This document shows positions 51,520 through 60,521 of a DNA stretch of 64,000 nucleotides, piece by piece. Below the pieces are notes generated by a model. The model saw only the letters and a list, made by a program, of their open reading frames with translations, was not told the DNA's origin and made no database searches. This DNA is from Sodaliphilus sp. (GTDB taxonomy: Bacteria; Bacteroidota; Bacteroidia; Bacteroidales; Muribaculaceae). A program made the translations under genes and the position numbers. The number at the start of each line of letters is the position of its first letter. Within the stretch, counting starts at the first letter, position 1. The stretch lies in contig JBGUJU010000099.1 in assembly GCA_045114065.1 (NCBI GenBank), positions 9,579 to 73,578 of the forward strand. Reading direction: 5' to 3'.

Positions 51520-51602
51520 CTATCGATACTATAATAACTATAGTAACTATAATAACTATAGTGACTATAGAAGCTATAACAAGACCTCTATAGTCACTAT
51601 AG
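51520..51602. repeat. Exact 9-bp-period array of CTATAG-type palindromic hexamers (7 + 2 units) between convergent genes
   Basis: CTATNN at 51520, 51529, 51538, 51547, 51556, 51565 and 51574, then at 51588 and 51597. It includes the 10-bp inverted repeat gtgactatag (51561-51570) / ctatagtcac (51588-51597). Confidence 0.9.
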
Positions 51603-51619
51603 ATAGATGACTACTGGCA

Positions 51620-54184
51620 TCAATCGGCACCCAGGATCATATCGATGAGCGTATTGACGTCAGCGATATTCACTTCCTCATCCTGGTTGACATCGGCAGC
51701 ATTGCGCATGCCGCCCATCAGGATGATGTCGATGACAGCATTGATATCAGCGACGTTGATCTCGCCGTCTAAGTTGACATCACCCAGGGTATCGAGATAA
51801 TAGAAACAGATGTCATCGACGTAGGTCGAAGCCGCTCCGCCGCCCGTCATGGCAATACGGAAATTGACAGGCTTGGAGGGCAACAGATTCAACATCCACC
51901 GTACGGTGGCCTTGCTCTTTTCGGGCACCTCGGCGGCGTCGAGCTGGTCTATCGTATTGGCCTTCTGCCAGGTGGCACCTCCGTCATAGGAATACTCCAG
52001 CGTATATTTGGCGGCTGGCGTTGCGGGATTGAAGAAGGTCGCCTGGGCCAACAAGAAGTTGTGCTCGAGCGCTTGCGTGGTGTACAGGGCACTGGGCTTC
52101 TTCATCATCACCGAATTGATGCCGTTGCAGCGTTCCTCGCCAGGAGCGCGCACACCACACTTGGTGAAACTCCATGTGGCGAACTGGCCCTGCACGTTCT
52201 TGTCACTCGTGCTGCTGTTGGCAGTCATGGTCTCAAAGTCCTCGACCAACGCTTCACAGACAGGTAATACAAAGACCGGAGCAGTGACAACATATCTGTC
52301 ATACCAACCGTCCTCGATCATCATCTCGTTGCCGCTCTCGTCTTTCAGCACCAGGTCATAAGCACCCCACTGGGCTGGTGCCGTGAGCTGCATCCGATAA
52401 GTCTTCTCCTCATTGCTGGATATCTGCACCTCGTACAGGTCGCTGGTAGCCACTTCGTTACCGTCTTTCAATAACGAGAGATAAACATTGCCCACAGGAC
52501 CCACATGATAACCCCATGTGTCATAACTCATGTGGACATCAACTTCAAACGGCTCGTTAATCGTGATGTTGCCAGGCAGATCAAACGATCCCATGCTATA
52601 GGTATTGGCAAGGAAACAATCCATCAGATAGGCGGTGCCCTCACTGACAATCATCTTGACATAGACCTCCTTGCCGCTGTAGTCAAGCACCTTGTTATAG
52701 GTTTCCCCTTCATCAAGCGAATAGAACACTTTGACCTTGTACTCGCCATCTTCCAGTGAGTTCAATAATTCAATATCCATACTCTGTCCCGATGACCACA
52801 TGCCATTGTCCAGTGATTGACGATAGTTGAGCTCCATGTGTTGACGCTCAACGCCATTGTTGTCATAGATGCCCAACTTGAGCGGTATCAAGGCATAGTA
52901 ATGCTTGCGGCCGTTGTATTCATCATAACCTGCCGTATCCAGCGCATTACCCTCGGCCATCATATCCAACATGAACGAAGCATTAGCCCCCAGTTGAACA
53001 GTAGGTGTCTGGGGAACCAACTGGCTGCGGATGTGAAGTGCATCCTCAACTTCACCGGCGCGCGGCGCGGGAATAACGCCGAAGAGGCCGTCCTGCATAT
53101 ACTTGAAGTTGTTGCTTGATGATGGTGCGAGATAGGAAACGAGGAAATAGCCGTCATAGGATCCACCCCAGCCCCAATTGACATGGAAATAGCCCTGGGC
53201 GTCAAAGCCGTCAAGTACAAAGGCATGACCACCAGCATCAGTCGAGGTGATGGCATAACCGCAATAGACCACCGGGCGGCGGGCGCTGATTTCTTCAACC
53301 AGGAACTGGTCCCACTCCTCGGCACTATACAAGTCACGGTTCATCAGATAGCTCCTGTCGCTGTACTTGAAATAACGCTGCATGGCACGCATGGCACGGT
53401 CCTCGTTGGCTCCGCTGCTGCTGCCATAGCCCATATCCATCGAGATGCCCACGTCCGACATCAACTTGGCAACGGCATCACAGGACTCCTGGCTGCTGTT
53501 GGTATCATACCAGTCAAGCATCAGGTCCCATTGATATACCGACTGGCTGAAGTCGGCACTGAGCTCGGTAGGCGTCATGTCATTGACATTGCAGTTATAG
53601 GAGTGACTACCCTGGCCGACATCGGGCCACTTGTAATAGTTCATCACCTGGGCAACGGCTGTCGCCACACACCCCGTCACGGCACGGTTGGTATTCCCCT
53701 TGTTGTCGGTGTAGGTGGGGCAGAAATTATTATAGGGAGCGCCCTGGTCCCAGAAGGTGGTCATCAGGGGTTCAACGGGTGTTGCTCGCCTGGCAGGATG
53801 ATGAGCAGCCACGCCATCATGCGACTGCAAGAAGGCAATCTGTCTGTTCATCTCGTCCATCCAGTACTGGACAGCAGGAGGCAACTCGCTTGCCGTGAAG
53901 TCACCCTTGTCACCGTAGCCCAACACCTGCGGCAGACGGTCATCACCAGCTACCACAACAAAACCGCCGTGGTTGCCTCGGTCAAAAACATAAAAACGAT
54001 CTTGCTCGGCAGTATAGGCCAGCCTCGTAGCGGCTTGACCCGACGGTCCCGAGAATCGGGGAGACCTTGACGAGAAGAATCTGTCGGCCACCTGACGGGC
54101 ATCTGCCTTGTTGACCTGAGCAGCCTGCACGCTGCACACCGTTGCCATCAGAATGGCTAAAATAAGAACTATTCGCTTTGTCAT
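51620..54184 (-). CDS. C10-family cysteine peptidase (most SpeB-like paralog) with extra beta-rich domains and double dockerin repeat
   Basis: AVTGCVATAVAQVMNYYKWP, GGHAFVLDGF, HVNWGWGGSYDGYF. C-terminus GDVNLDGEINVADINAVIDIILMGGMRNAADVNQDEEVNIADVNTLIDMIL. Confidence 0.9.
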   Translation of the reverse strand: MTKRIVLILAILMATVCSVQAAQVNKADARQVADRFFSSRSPRFSGPSGQAATRLAYTAEQDRFYVFDRGNHGGFVVVAGDDRLPQVLGYGDKGDFTASELPPAVQYWMDEMNRQIAFLQSHDGVAAHHPARRATPVEPLMTTFWDQGAPYNNFCPTYTDNKGNTNRAVTGCVATAVAQVMNYYKWPDVGQGSHSYNCNVNDMTPTELSADFSQSVYQWDLMLDWYDTNSSQESCDAVAKLMSDVGISMDMGYGSSSGANEDRAMRAMQRYFKYSDRSYLMNRDLYSAEEWDQFLVEEISARRPVVYCGYAITSTDAGGHAFVLDGFDAQGYFHVNWGWGGSYDGYFLVSYLAPSSSNNFKYMQDGLFGVIPAPRAGEVEDALHIRSQLVPQTPTVQLGANASFMLDMMAEGNALDTAGYDEYNGRKHYYALIPLKLGIYDNNGVERQHMELNYRQSLDNGMWSSGQSMDIELLNSLEDGEYKVKVFYSLDEGETYNKVLDYSGKEVYVKMIVSEGTAYLMDCFLANTYSMGSFDLPGNITINEPFEVDVHMSYDTWGYHVGPVGNVYLSLLKDGNEVATSDLYEVQISSNEEKTYRMQLTAPAQWGAYDLVLKDESGNEMMIEDGWYDRYVVTAPVFVLPVCEALVEDFETMTANSSTSDKNVQGQFATWSFTKCGVRAPGEERCNGINSVMMKKPSALYTTQALEHNFLLAQATFFNPATPAAKYTLEYSYDGGATWQKANTIDQLDAAEVPEKSKATVRWMLNLLPSKPVNFRIAMTGGGAASTYVDDICFYYLDTLGDVNLDGEINVADINAVIDIILMGGMRNAADVNQDEEVNIADVNTLIDMILGAD

Positions 54185-54225
54185 CAGACTTATAATTGAG
54201 TTTAATTAAATCATCAAATGGGTGG

Positions 54226-54233
54226 CAAAGGTA
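54226..54233 (-). promoter_or_regulatory. -7 box TAnnTTTG (minus strand)
   Basis: Plus-strand caaaggta is tacctttg on the minus strand, 42 nt upstream of the ATG at 54184. Confidence 0.45.
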
Positions 54234-54299
54234 ATATAAAGTTTCTAGTTTGTTGTTCTTAGCCCTTAATTTTTAACTCTATTTTATGAGATTTTACTT

Positions 54300-55055
54300 C
54301 TAATCTTGAAGCAATTGGGCAATAGTCTCCCTGACGCGCTTGGGTGTCGTATAGTCCAGGGCAGCCTCGTTGACGCCGGGGCGGCCCATATAGAGGTTGG
54401 GATTGACATATTGCATCGCGCTGGCAAAGGGTTCACGCCCCGAGAAATGGAACTCGCGAAGACCGGTCACTGCTTGCAGTTCACGGATATTCTGTTCGGT
54501 CACGCCGCTGCCAGCCATGAGGATGATGCGTCCTGCTGCCTGGCGGTTGAGGCGAGCCAACAATTCTGCTCCTTGGATGGCCTTGGGCTGCTGGCCTGAG
54601 GTGAGGATGCGGTCAAAACCCAGCTTGATGACCGTTTCCAACGCCTGCTCGGGATCGGCAGCGTGATCAAAGGCACGATGGCAGGTCACGCTCATCCCAT
54701 GGGAACACTCTATCAGATATCGGTTTTTCTCAACGTCAAAGGTGCCGTCGGCATTCAGGCAACCGAACACCACGCCGTCAACACCCAGTTCACGGCACAC
54801 GGCGATGTCTGCCGCCATGCGCTCCACCTCCAGGTCAGAGTAAAGGAAATCACCGCCACGGGGACGGATAATCACATGCAGGCGAGTCGTCGTCAACACG
54901 CGCCGCGCCACCTTGATTTCACCATAACTGGGCGTCGTTCCGCCCTCGGGGATGCCGGCACACAGTTCCACGCGGTCGGCTCCACCCTCTTGTGCCGCAA
55001 TGCAGGATTCCACCCCATTGGCACACACTTCTACCATAAATTCTTCACGTTTCAT
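54300..55055 (-). CDS. cutC: Copper homeostasis protein CutC
   Basis: VEVCANGVESCIAAQEGGADRVELCAGIPEGGTTPSYG matches the CutC N-terminal signature. 251 aa. Confidence 0.9.
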   Translation of the reverse strand: MKREEFMVEVCANGVESCIAAQEGGADRVELCAGIPEGGTTPSYGEIKVARRVLTTTRLHVIIRPRGGDFLYSDLEVERMAADIAVCRELGVDGVVFGCLNADGTFDVEKNRYLIECSHGMSVTCHRAFDHAADPEQALETVIKLGFDRILTSGQQPKAIQGAELLARLNRQAAGRIILMAGSGVTEQNIRELQAVTGLREFHFSGREPFASAMQYVNPNLYMGRPGVNEAALDYTTPKRVRETIAQLLQD

Positions 55056-55099
55056 GTTTTTCAGTTTTCACTTGGCAGTTAATAGTTGACAGTTTTCAT

Positions 55100-57469
55100 C
55101 TAATGGCTAAAACCTAAAATAATATCAATGACAGCATTGATATCGGCGACGTTAATCTCGCCGTCGCCGTTCACGTCACCCAACAAGCTCACATTACCTG
55201 ACAGAATCATGTCGATAATGGTGTTGATATCGGCAATGTTCACCTCGCCGTCGTCATTCACATCACCCTGGATGGCAACGTCTTGAGGCATGCTGGCATA
55301 GACCAGCTCCATCCCCGGAATCTTGAGGGAGTAGGGTTCGCCGTTAGTCACGGGGCTATAGGTGATGTAGTAATAGATCAAGTGCAGCGGGAAGTTGCCC
55401 AGGTCGGCAACCTCACAGATATCGCTCACGGGAGCATCTACGGTCACCATGTCGCCCGTGCCCTCGATGGGATAATCCACAGTGATGCGCTCGCCATAGG
55501 CATTCTCGACCACCATTTTCACCGACTTGAGCTGAATCTCGCCAGGCACCATGCGCAGGCGCAGGGTGTCGGGCAGGCCCCACATCTGTACCGACTTGGA
55601 AATCTTGATGTATGGGTTGCGGGACGAAGAGCCCGTGAAGTCAATTTGCAGGCCATTGTCCAGTGCTGTAACGACCCGATCCTTGCCGCCGCTCTGAGCC
55701 ACCTGCCACGTATCGGGGTCAATGGGCGCATTCTCGATAGTTGTTACACGGCGCTTGGGATTCTCGACACGCACCAGCAATGAGTCGGCAAGCAGGGGGT
55801 GGCTTGAGCCCACAAAGGTCTGTCCGTCGGCGACAGCAGTGATGACTCCCCTGTCGTCAACCGTACAGACATCCTCATTGGCCGAGGCCCAAGCCACAAC
55901 CGAAGGGTCCACCTTGTCCATCCCATAGCCGCTGATGCCGTTGATATTGATGGCATAAGGGTGAAACCGGTCCAGCACCACGCTGTCACTCACCAGTTGC
56001 CACTGGGCCTCCATGATGGTGACTGGTTGTGTGGCTGTAATTCCGTTGTAGGTCGCATAGAGATTGCCCGAGGCTGGCGTGGAGACAGCATGGAAATTAC
56101 CGTCCTCATCAAAACTTCCCACCTGGGGGTCACAGGAGAAGGTACAACCCTGCAACTGGCGCGTCTTCAACACGCCATACTGGTTGTAGCCCCACACATC
56201 AAACGATGTGGTAGCCGATATTGACAAGTTGTAGCAGCGGGGCTCAAAACTGATGATGCCGATGTTGTCATCCTCGGGAGCTATCGAGACAAACAGGCAG
56301 CCGTTGCCCACGGCTCGCACGGGTCCGTCGCTGGGATGGTTCAGCACCTCGTCATTGACAAGGATGCACGACGAGCCGCCACCATCCAGGTTCACGGCAT
56401 TGACGGCTCCCAGGGCGTCAAAGATGCCCTTCATCTCCCGGAGTGTCACACCTACCGATGTGAGATGCCGTCCGTCAACAACGACAAAGTAGAGACGCGT
56501 GCTATCGGCATTGAAGCCGATGGCGGTGCGGGGATGACGCTCGGCCCAGTCCTCCATGAACTGCCCGTTCTGCATGATGATGTGGTTGCTGCCACCAATC
56601 AACTGGTGGATATTCACATCCTGGGGACCATTGTTGAGCGTGAGGCTGAAACTGATGTCCAGCACGTCGCCCACATTCATCCATTCAGTCTGGTTGGCAT
56701 AGGTGCCCTTGAGCCACAAGATACCCTTGCCGTCAGGAATGGTTCTTGAACCCTGGGCGTCAAAGATATCCTCAATGACGCAATGTTCCGTGCCATTGGC
56801 ATTCCATCGGAATTCGCCCTCGGCGGGACGCAACAGCACCATCTTGCCCGTGCTGGAGCCGTCATAGGTCACCGGACCGTAGCTGCGGGTAAACAGGAAC
56901 GACTGGTTGGCAGCGATGTTCTCATAGGCATAACGCATGCGGTTCACCAGATTGAGCGAGAACGAGTGGTCACCGCCGGTCACCTTGCCGACGAATGTCA
57001 GGCGATCGATAAAGGGCTTGTTGTCAGTATCCAGCACCAGGCAGGCACGATTGTGGCTGCTGAGCACCAATTCATCGTTGCGCACTTGGCCGCTCAACGG
57101 CAGGCCCACCTCGTTGGTGGGCGATGTCATGAAGAAGTCGCCATTGACCGCTCCCACCACCTCATGACCAGGCCTGGTGTTGCGGATCGCCATATTGACG
57201 GGCGTCTCGCACGCCACCGACTTCTCGCCACCCAGGCAGGTCTCCATCACGACATAGGGATTGGTCAAGTCCATCTCGACGACACTCACCTTGAGGGGCA
57301 AGGCAGGGATGTCAAACTTGGCAGCCGTCATGCCCGGTCCCACCAGATGCGGGAAAATGAGCGTGTCCACCTCATAGGCCTTGTCGCCAATCATCCACTG
57401 GTCACGCGCTTGTCCTGCCACCGATGACAGCAGCAGGACAAGTAGCGTTAAGACGATATTTCGTTTCAT
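55100..57469 (-). CDS. Phosphodiester glycosidase family protein (NAGPA/DUF2233-like) with Big_2-like module and double dockerin repeat
   Basis: AVNGDFF and NAVNLDGGGSSCILVND motifs. Ig-like segment (VVAWASANEDVCTVDDRGVITAVADG). C-terminus GDVNDDGEVNIADINTIIDMILSGNVSLLGDVNGDGEINVADINAVIDIIL. Confidence 0.8.
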   Translation of the reverse strand: MKRNIVLTLLVLLLSSVAGQARDQWMIGDKAYEVDTLIFPHLVGPGMTAAKFDIPALPLKVSVVEMDLTNPYVVMETCLGGEKSVACETPVNMAIRNTRPGHEVVGAVNGDFFMTSPTNEVGLPLSGQVRNDELVLSSHNRACLVLDTDNKPFIDRLTFVGKVTGGDHSFSLNLVNRMRYAYENIAANQSFLFTRSYGPVTYDGSSTGKMVLLRPAEGEFRWNANGTEHCVIEDIFDAQGSRTIPDGKGILWLKGTYANQTEWMNVGDVLDISFSLTLNNGPQDVNIHQLIGGSNHIIMQNGQFMEDWAERHPRTAIGFNADSTRLYFVVVDGRHLTSVGVTLREMKGIFDALGAVNAVNLDGGGSSCILVNDEVLNHPSDGPVRAVGNGCLFVSIAPEDDNIGIISFEPRCYNLSISATTSFDVWGYNQYGVLKTRQLQGCTFSCDPQVGSFDEDGNFHAVSTPASGNLYATYNGITATQPVTIMEAQWQLVSDSVVLDRFHPYAININGISGYGMDKVDPSVVAWASANEDVCTVDDRGVITAVADGQTFVGSSHPLLADSLLVRVENPKRRVTTIENAPIDPDTWQVAQSGGKDRVVTALDNGLQIDFTGSSSRNPYIKISKSVQMWGLPDTLRLRMVPGEIQLKSVKMVVENAYGERITVDYPIEGTGDMVTVDAPVSDICEVADLGNFPLHLIYYYITYSPVTNGEPYSLKIPGMELVYASMPQDVAIQGDVNDDGEVNIADINTIIDMILSGNVSLLGDVNGDGEINVADINAVIDIILGFSH

Positions 57470-58854
57470 GACTTCAATATCAAGTCAATGACAGCATTGA
57501 CGTCAGCAATGTTCACCTCGTTATCTCCGTTCACATCGCCTGGCTTAAAGTATTTACCCGACAGAATCAAGTCAATGACGACATTGACGTCGGCAATGTT
57601 CACCTCATTGTCACCATTCACGTCACCGGGTATGCCGGGCTGCGGCTGGGGACCCTCCACGTTGCGACCGATCTTATAGACCGCCATGCCGTTAAACGCC
57701 TTGAACGTGAAGAGCGTCACCTCCTCGTTGCCCTCGGCATCGGTGCCATATTCAACAGCGAAGCAATGCACGCGCAAGCCGCTGTCGTTGAACTTACCCA
57801 GACTGTCGGCAGGAATCTTCCAATACTTGGTCATTCCAGCCAGCGACTGGCCTTCGCCCAGCTCACAGATGTTCGCCTGGCAGCCGTGTCCGTTGCCGTT
57901 CATGTCGGCGTTAACATACACAAAGAAGTCGCGGTCCTCCAGCTTGAACTCGATACAACCGTTGGGTGCAGACTGGGGCCAGAGTGCAGGGTCAGTGTCC
58001 TCAAACGAATCGATGACCGAGCCCGAGAAGTCATAAATCACAGGAGCAGTATCAAAGCAGTCGATATAGAACATCTCGCCGCTGTAGCGCGATTCCTCAT
58101 CAGGACCCTCAATCATCTTGATGACGGGAGCCAACGAGAAACCCGTCTTGGTCTCGGGATAGAAATAGATGACATCGATATAAGGGTCGCCCTCAAAGCC
58201 ACCTTCCCACTCTCCGCCCTGGTCGGCATGCATGCGATAGAGCGTGGGGAAACCTGGATCGGCTGTCGAGCCCGACACCGTCATGATGTTACACTCGGCC
58301 TGCTCAAGGGTAATGTCACCGATCACGTCAAGGTAGTCGGTGCGCTGCGGGGCGTCGCCCTTGTCCATTTCAACGACGAGGGTGAGTTCGCCGGTCTCGG
58401 TATCCACCAGATAAACTGGCACATACTGCTGCAGATTGCTCGTCATGGGAGCCACCCAGATGTGGTGGAAACTGTCCTTGCCGATGCTTGCCACGCCCAG
58501 GAAACGGCTATAGGGAGCCCCGTCAAGGTACAGGGGCAGGTCCTCGAGCTGGCTACCGTCGGCTGCCGAGAAACGATGGATAACCGACTGTGCCACAGTA
58601 TCGGTGCCGATAATCACTGCACGCTCCTCGCTGCGTGCCACATAGATGATGCCCTGGTCCATTGTCGCCGTTCGGGCGCGCTGGTTACAGATGGCATTGG
58701 AGGTATAGTCATTGCCACTGTGGACACGGTCAAAGATCCACTGGTTCACAATCTTGATGCCATTCACCTCGGGATAGGTCTGGCCATCGGTTACTGCCCA
58801 TGCACTGAGTGCAGCGGCAAGCAGGGTAACAAATAGAAGTAAAGACTTTTTCAT
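57466..58854 (-). CDS. Secreted protein of unknown function (~390-aa beta-rich domain) with double dockerin repeat
   Basis: Signal peptide (..LSAWA/VTDG). Paralog of 58965-60356. C-terminus GDVNGDNEVNIADVNVVIDLILSGKYFKPGDVNGDNEVNIADVNAVIDLIL. ATGA overlap with the downstream gene. Confidence 0.8.
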   Translation of the reverse strand: MKKSLLLFVTLLAAALSAWAVTDGQTYPEVNGIKIVNQWIFDRVHSGNDYTSNAICNQRARTATMDQGIIYVARSEERAVIIGTDTVAQSVIHRFSAADGSQLEDLPLYLDGAPYSRFLGVASIGKDSFHHIWVAPMTSNLQQYVPVYLVDTETGELTLVVEMDKGDAPQRTDYLDVIGDITLEQAECNIMTVSGSTADPGFPTLYRMHADQGGEWEGGFEGDPYIDVIYFYPETKTGFSLAPVIKMIEGPDEESRYSGEMFYIDCFDTAPVIYDFSGSVIDSFEDTDPALWPQSAPNGCIEFKLEDRDFFVYVNADMNGNGHGCQANICELGEGQSLAGMTKYWKIPADSLGKFNDSGLRVHCFAVEYGTDAEGNEEVTLFTFKAFNGMAVYKIGRNVEGPQPQPGIPGDVNGDNEVNIADVNVVIDLILSGKYFKPGDVNGDNEVNIADVNAVIDLILKS

Positions 58855-58887
58855 TTTATTTGGTTTTTTAGTGATGATACATTTTCA

Positions 58888-58941
58888 CGCTAAGGCGCCA
58901 AGACGATGAAACCATTTTCAATACATCTTAGCGCCTTAGCG
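58888..58941. other. 11-bp inverted repeat with 32-nt loop between the two paralogs
   Basis: cgctaaggcgc (58888-58898) and gcgccttagcg (58931-58941). Possibly a terminator for the upstream paralog. Confidence 0.5.
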
Positions 58942-58964
58942 GCTTATCGTGAGAAAGCTAATGA

Positions 58965-60356
58965 TTAGCTCAGGATGATGTCAATGATGGCATTGACATC
59001 GGCGATATTGACCTCCTTGTCGCCATTCACGTCACCGACGGTGTCCTGGCTGCCGTTCAAGATCATGTCGATAACGACATTGACATCGGCAATATTCACC
59101 TCCTTGTCACCGTTCACGTCACCGATGATACCAGGCTGGGGATCATCACCCATCACGTTGGTACCAATCTTGTAGACTGCCATACCATTGTAGCACTTGA
59201 AGATGAACAGCGTCACCTCCTCGTTGCCCTCGGCATCGGTACCATATTCCACGTTCATGCTCTCGACACGTGTGCCGCCGTCACTCATCATACCCAGTGC
59301 GTCGGGCACCATCCAGTAGCGCTGCATGCCGGTCAATGACATACCCTCGCCAAGCTCACAGATGTTGACCTGGCAAGCGCGGTCGATGCCGGTAGCCTCG
59401 TTGGGACCTGAATACTGGGCGGTCACATAGACGATGAAGTTGCGGCCCTCGAGTGTGAACTCGCACACGCCGTTGGCACCGACCTCCATGGGCCAGATCT
59501 CGGGATCAACATACTCAAAGTTGTCCACCATCGAACCCGTCTCGTCATAGAGGATAGGTGACGAGTGGAAACCGTCAATATAGAACAGATTGCCGCTATA
59601 GCGGGTCTCCTCATCTTCGCCGAGTACCATCTTCACTACGGGAGCATAGCCCCAGTTGGTCACCGTCTCGGGATAGAAGTCATAGATAGCGATGTAGCAA
59701 TCGCCTTCAAAACCGCCTTCCCAGTCGCCGCCCTGGTCGGCATGCCAGCGGTAAACATACTCTGAGCTGGCACCCACCGTCATGATGTTGCACTCGGCCT
59801 CCTCGAGCGTGATGTCACCCATCACGTCGATGTAGTCACAGCGCTGCAGCACATCACCCTTGTCGAGGTTGGCGACTAACGTGAGCTCACCGGTCTCCTT
59901 GTCAACCATATAGACGGGCTGAACGGCTGCCAACTCACTGGAGTAGGGAGCCACATAGAGGTGACCGAAGTTGTCCATGCCCACGGTGTTGGCACTCAAC
60001 ACGGCACCGCCATAAATCGCGCCGTCGAGCGTCAAGGGCAATTCCTTCACAAATTCACCATTGGTTGCATCCACCTTGTAAATCACGCTTTGGGTCAGCG
60101 TGTCAGTGCCCAGGATGACCGTGTTGGCATTGGAACGGGTGATATACACATAGCCGTCGGCCATCACCGCAGTGCGGGCATAGGTGTTGTTGTAGGGCTT
60201 GCTGTTCCACACGCTCTCGGTGTGCACGCGGTCCTGAATCCACATGTTCTTGATGCCGATACCGTTAACGGCTTCATACTTCACACCATCGGTCACAGCC
60301 CATACATTGGCTATGCACGATGCCACCAATAGAGAAAAAAGTAATAGCTTCTTCAT
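58965..60356 (-). CDS. Secreted (possibly lipidated) protein of unknown function, paralog of 57466-58854, with double dockerin repeat
   Basis: MKKLLLFSLLVASC.. is a lipobox-like signal. Conserved blocks are shared with its neighbour (ITLE(Q/E)AECNIMTV, HADQGG(E/D)WEGGFEGD, YGTDAEGNEEVTLF). C-terminus GDVNGDKEVNIADVNVVIDMIL..GDVNGDKEVNIADVNAIIDIIL. Confidence 0.8.
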   Translation of the reverse strand: MKKLLLFSLLVASCIANVWAVTDGVKYEAVNGIGIKNMWIQDRVHTESVWNSKPYNNTYARTAVMADGYVYITRSNANTVILGTDTLTQSVIYKVDATNGEFVKELPLTLDGAIYGGAVLSANTVGMDNFGHLYVAPYSSELAAVQPVYMVDKETGELTLVANLDKGDVLQRCDYIDVMGDITLEEAECNIMTVGASSEYVYRWHADQGGDWEGGFEGDCYIAIYDFYPETVTNWGYAPVVKMVLGEDEETRYSGNLFYIDGFHSSPILYDETGSMVDNFEYVDPEIWPMEVGANGVCEFTLEGRNFIVYVTAQYSGPNEATGIDRACQVNICELGEGMSLTGMQRYWMVPDALGMMSDGGTRVESMNVEYGTDAEGNEEVTLFIFKCYNGMAVYKIGTNVMGDDPQPGIIGDVNGDKEVNIADVNVVIDMILNGSQDTVGDVNGDKEVNIADVNAIIDIILS

Positions 60357-60521
60357 AATTGCTTTGGTTTTTAGTTTTTATAATTTGTTAGTATTCTTAT
60401 CTATTCCATTAAGTTAGCAAAGTAACACAAAATATTTCTATCCTCAAAATCCAAGAGGACAATATTTCAAAAAACGCTGCTAAGAGGCCTCAAAAACGGC
60501 TAATCACAGTAATCGCCCGAA

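Noticed and set aside
4646-51602. Could the short-period repeat arrays (4646-4678, 8979-9020, 49238-49308, 50549-50621, 51520-51602) be CRISPR arrays?
   Set aside because: The periods are 7-24 bp with no unique spacers between repeats, and no cas genes are present. These are microsatellite-like or palindromic arrays, not CRISPR.
51556-51602. Resemblance of gtgactatagaag and tagtcactatag to the core of SP6/T7-type phage RNA-polymerase promoters (..GTGACACTATAGAAG / ..TCACTATAGG).
   Set aside because: The match lacks two nucleotides of the SP6 core and the upstream AT-rich recognition part. The words are simply units of the 9-bp CTATAG array. No phage-type RNA polymerase or phage genes are nearby.
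13797-58894. The 10-mer tcacgctaag occurs three times (13797-13806, 13851-13860, 58885-58894), always in intergenic DNA.
   Set aside because: It is suggestive of a small dispersed motif, but I noticed it post hoc and three copies of a 10-mer cannot be evaluated without a genome-wide count. The flanks do not align.
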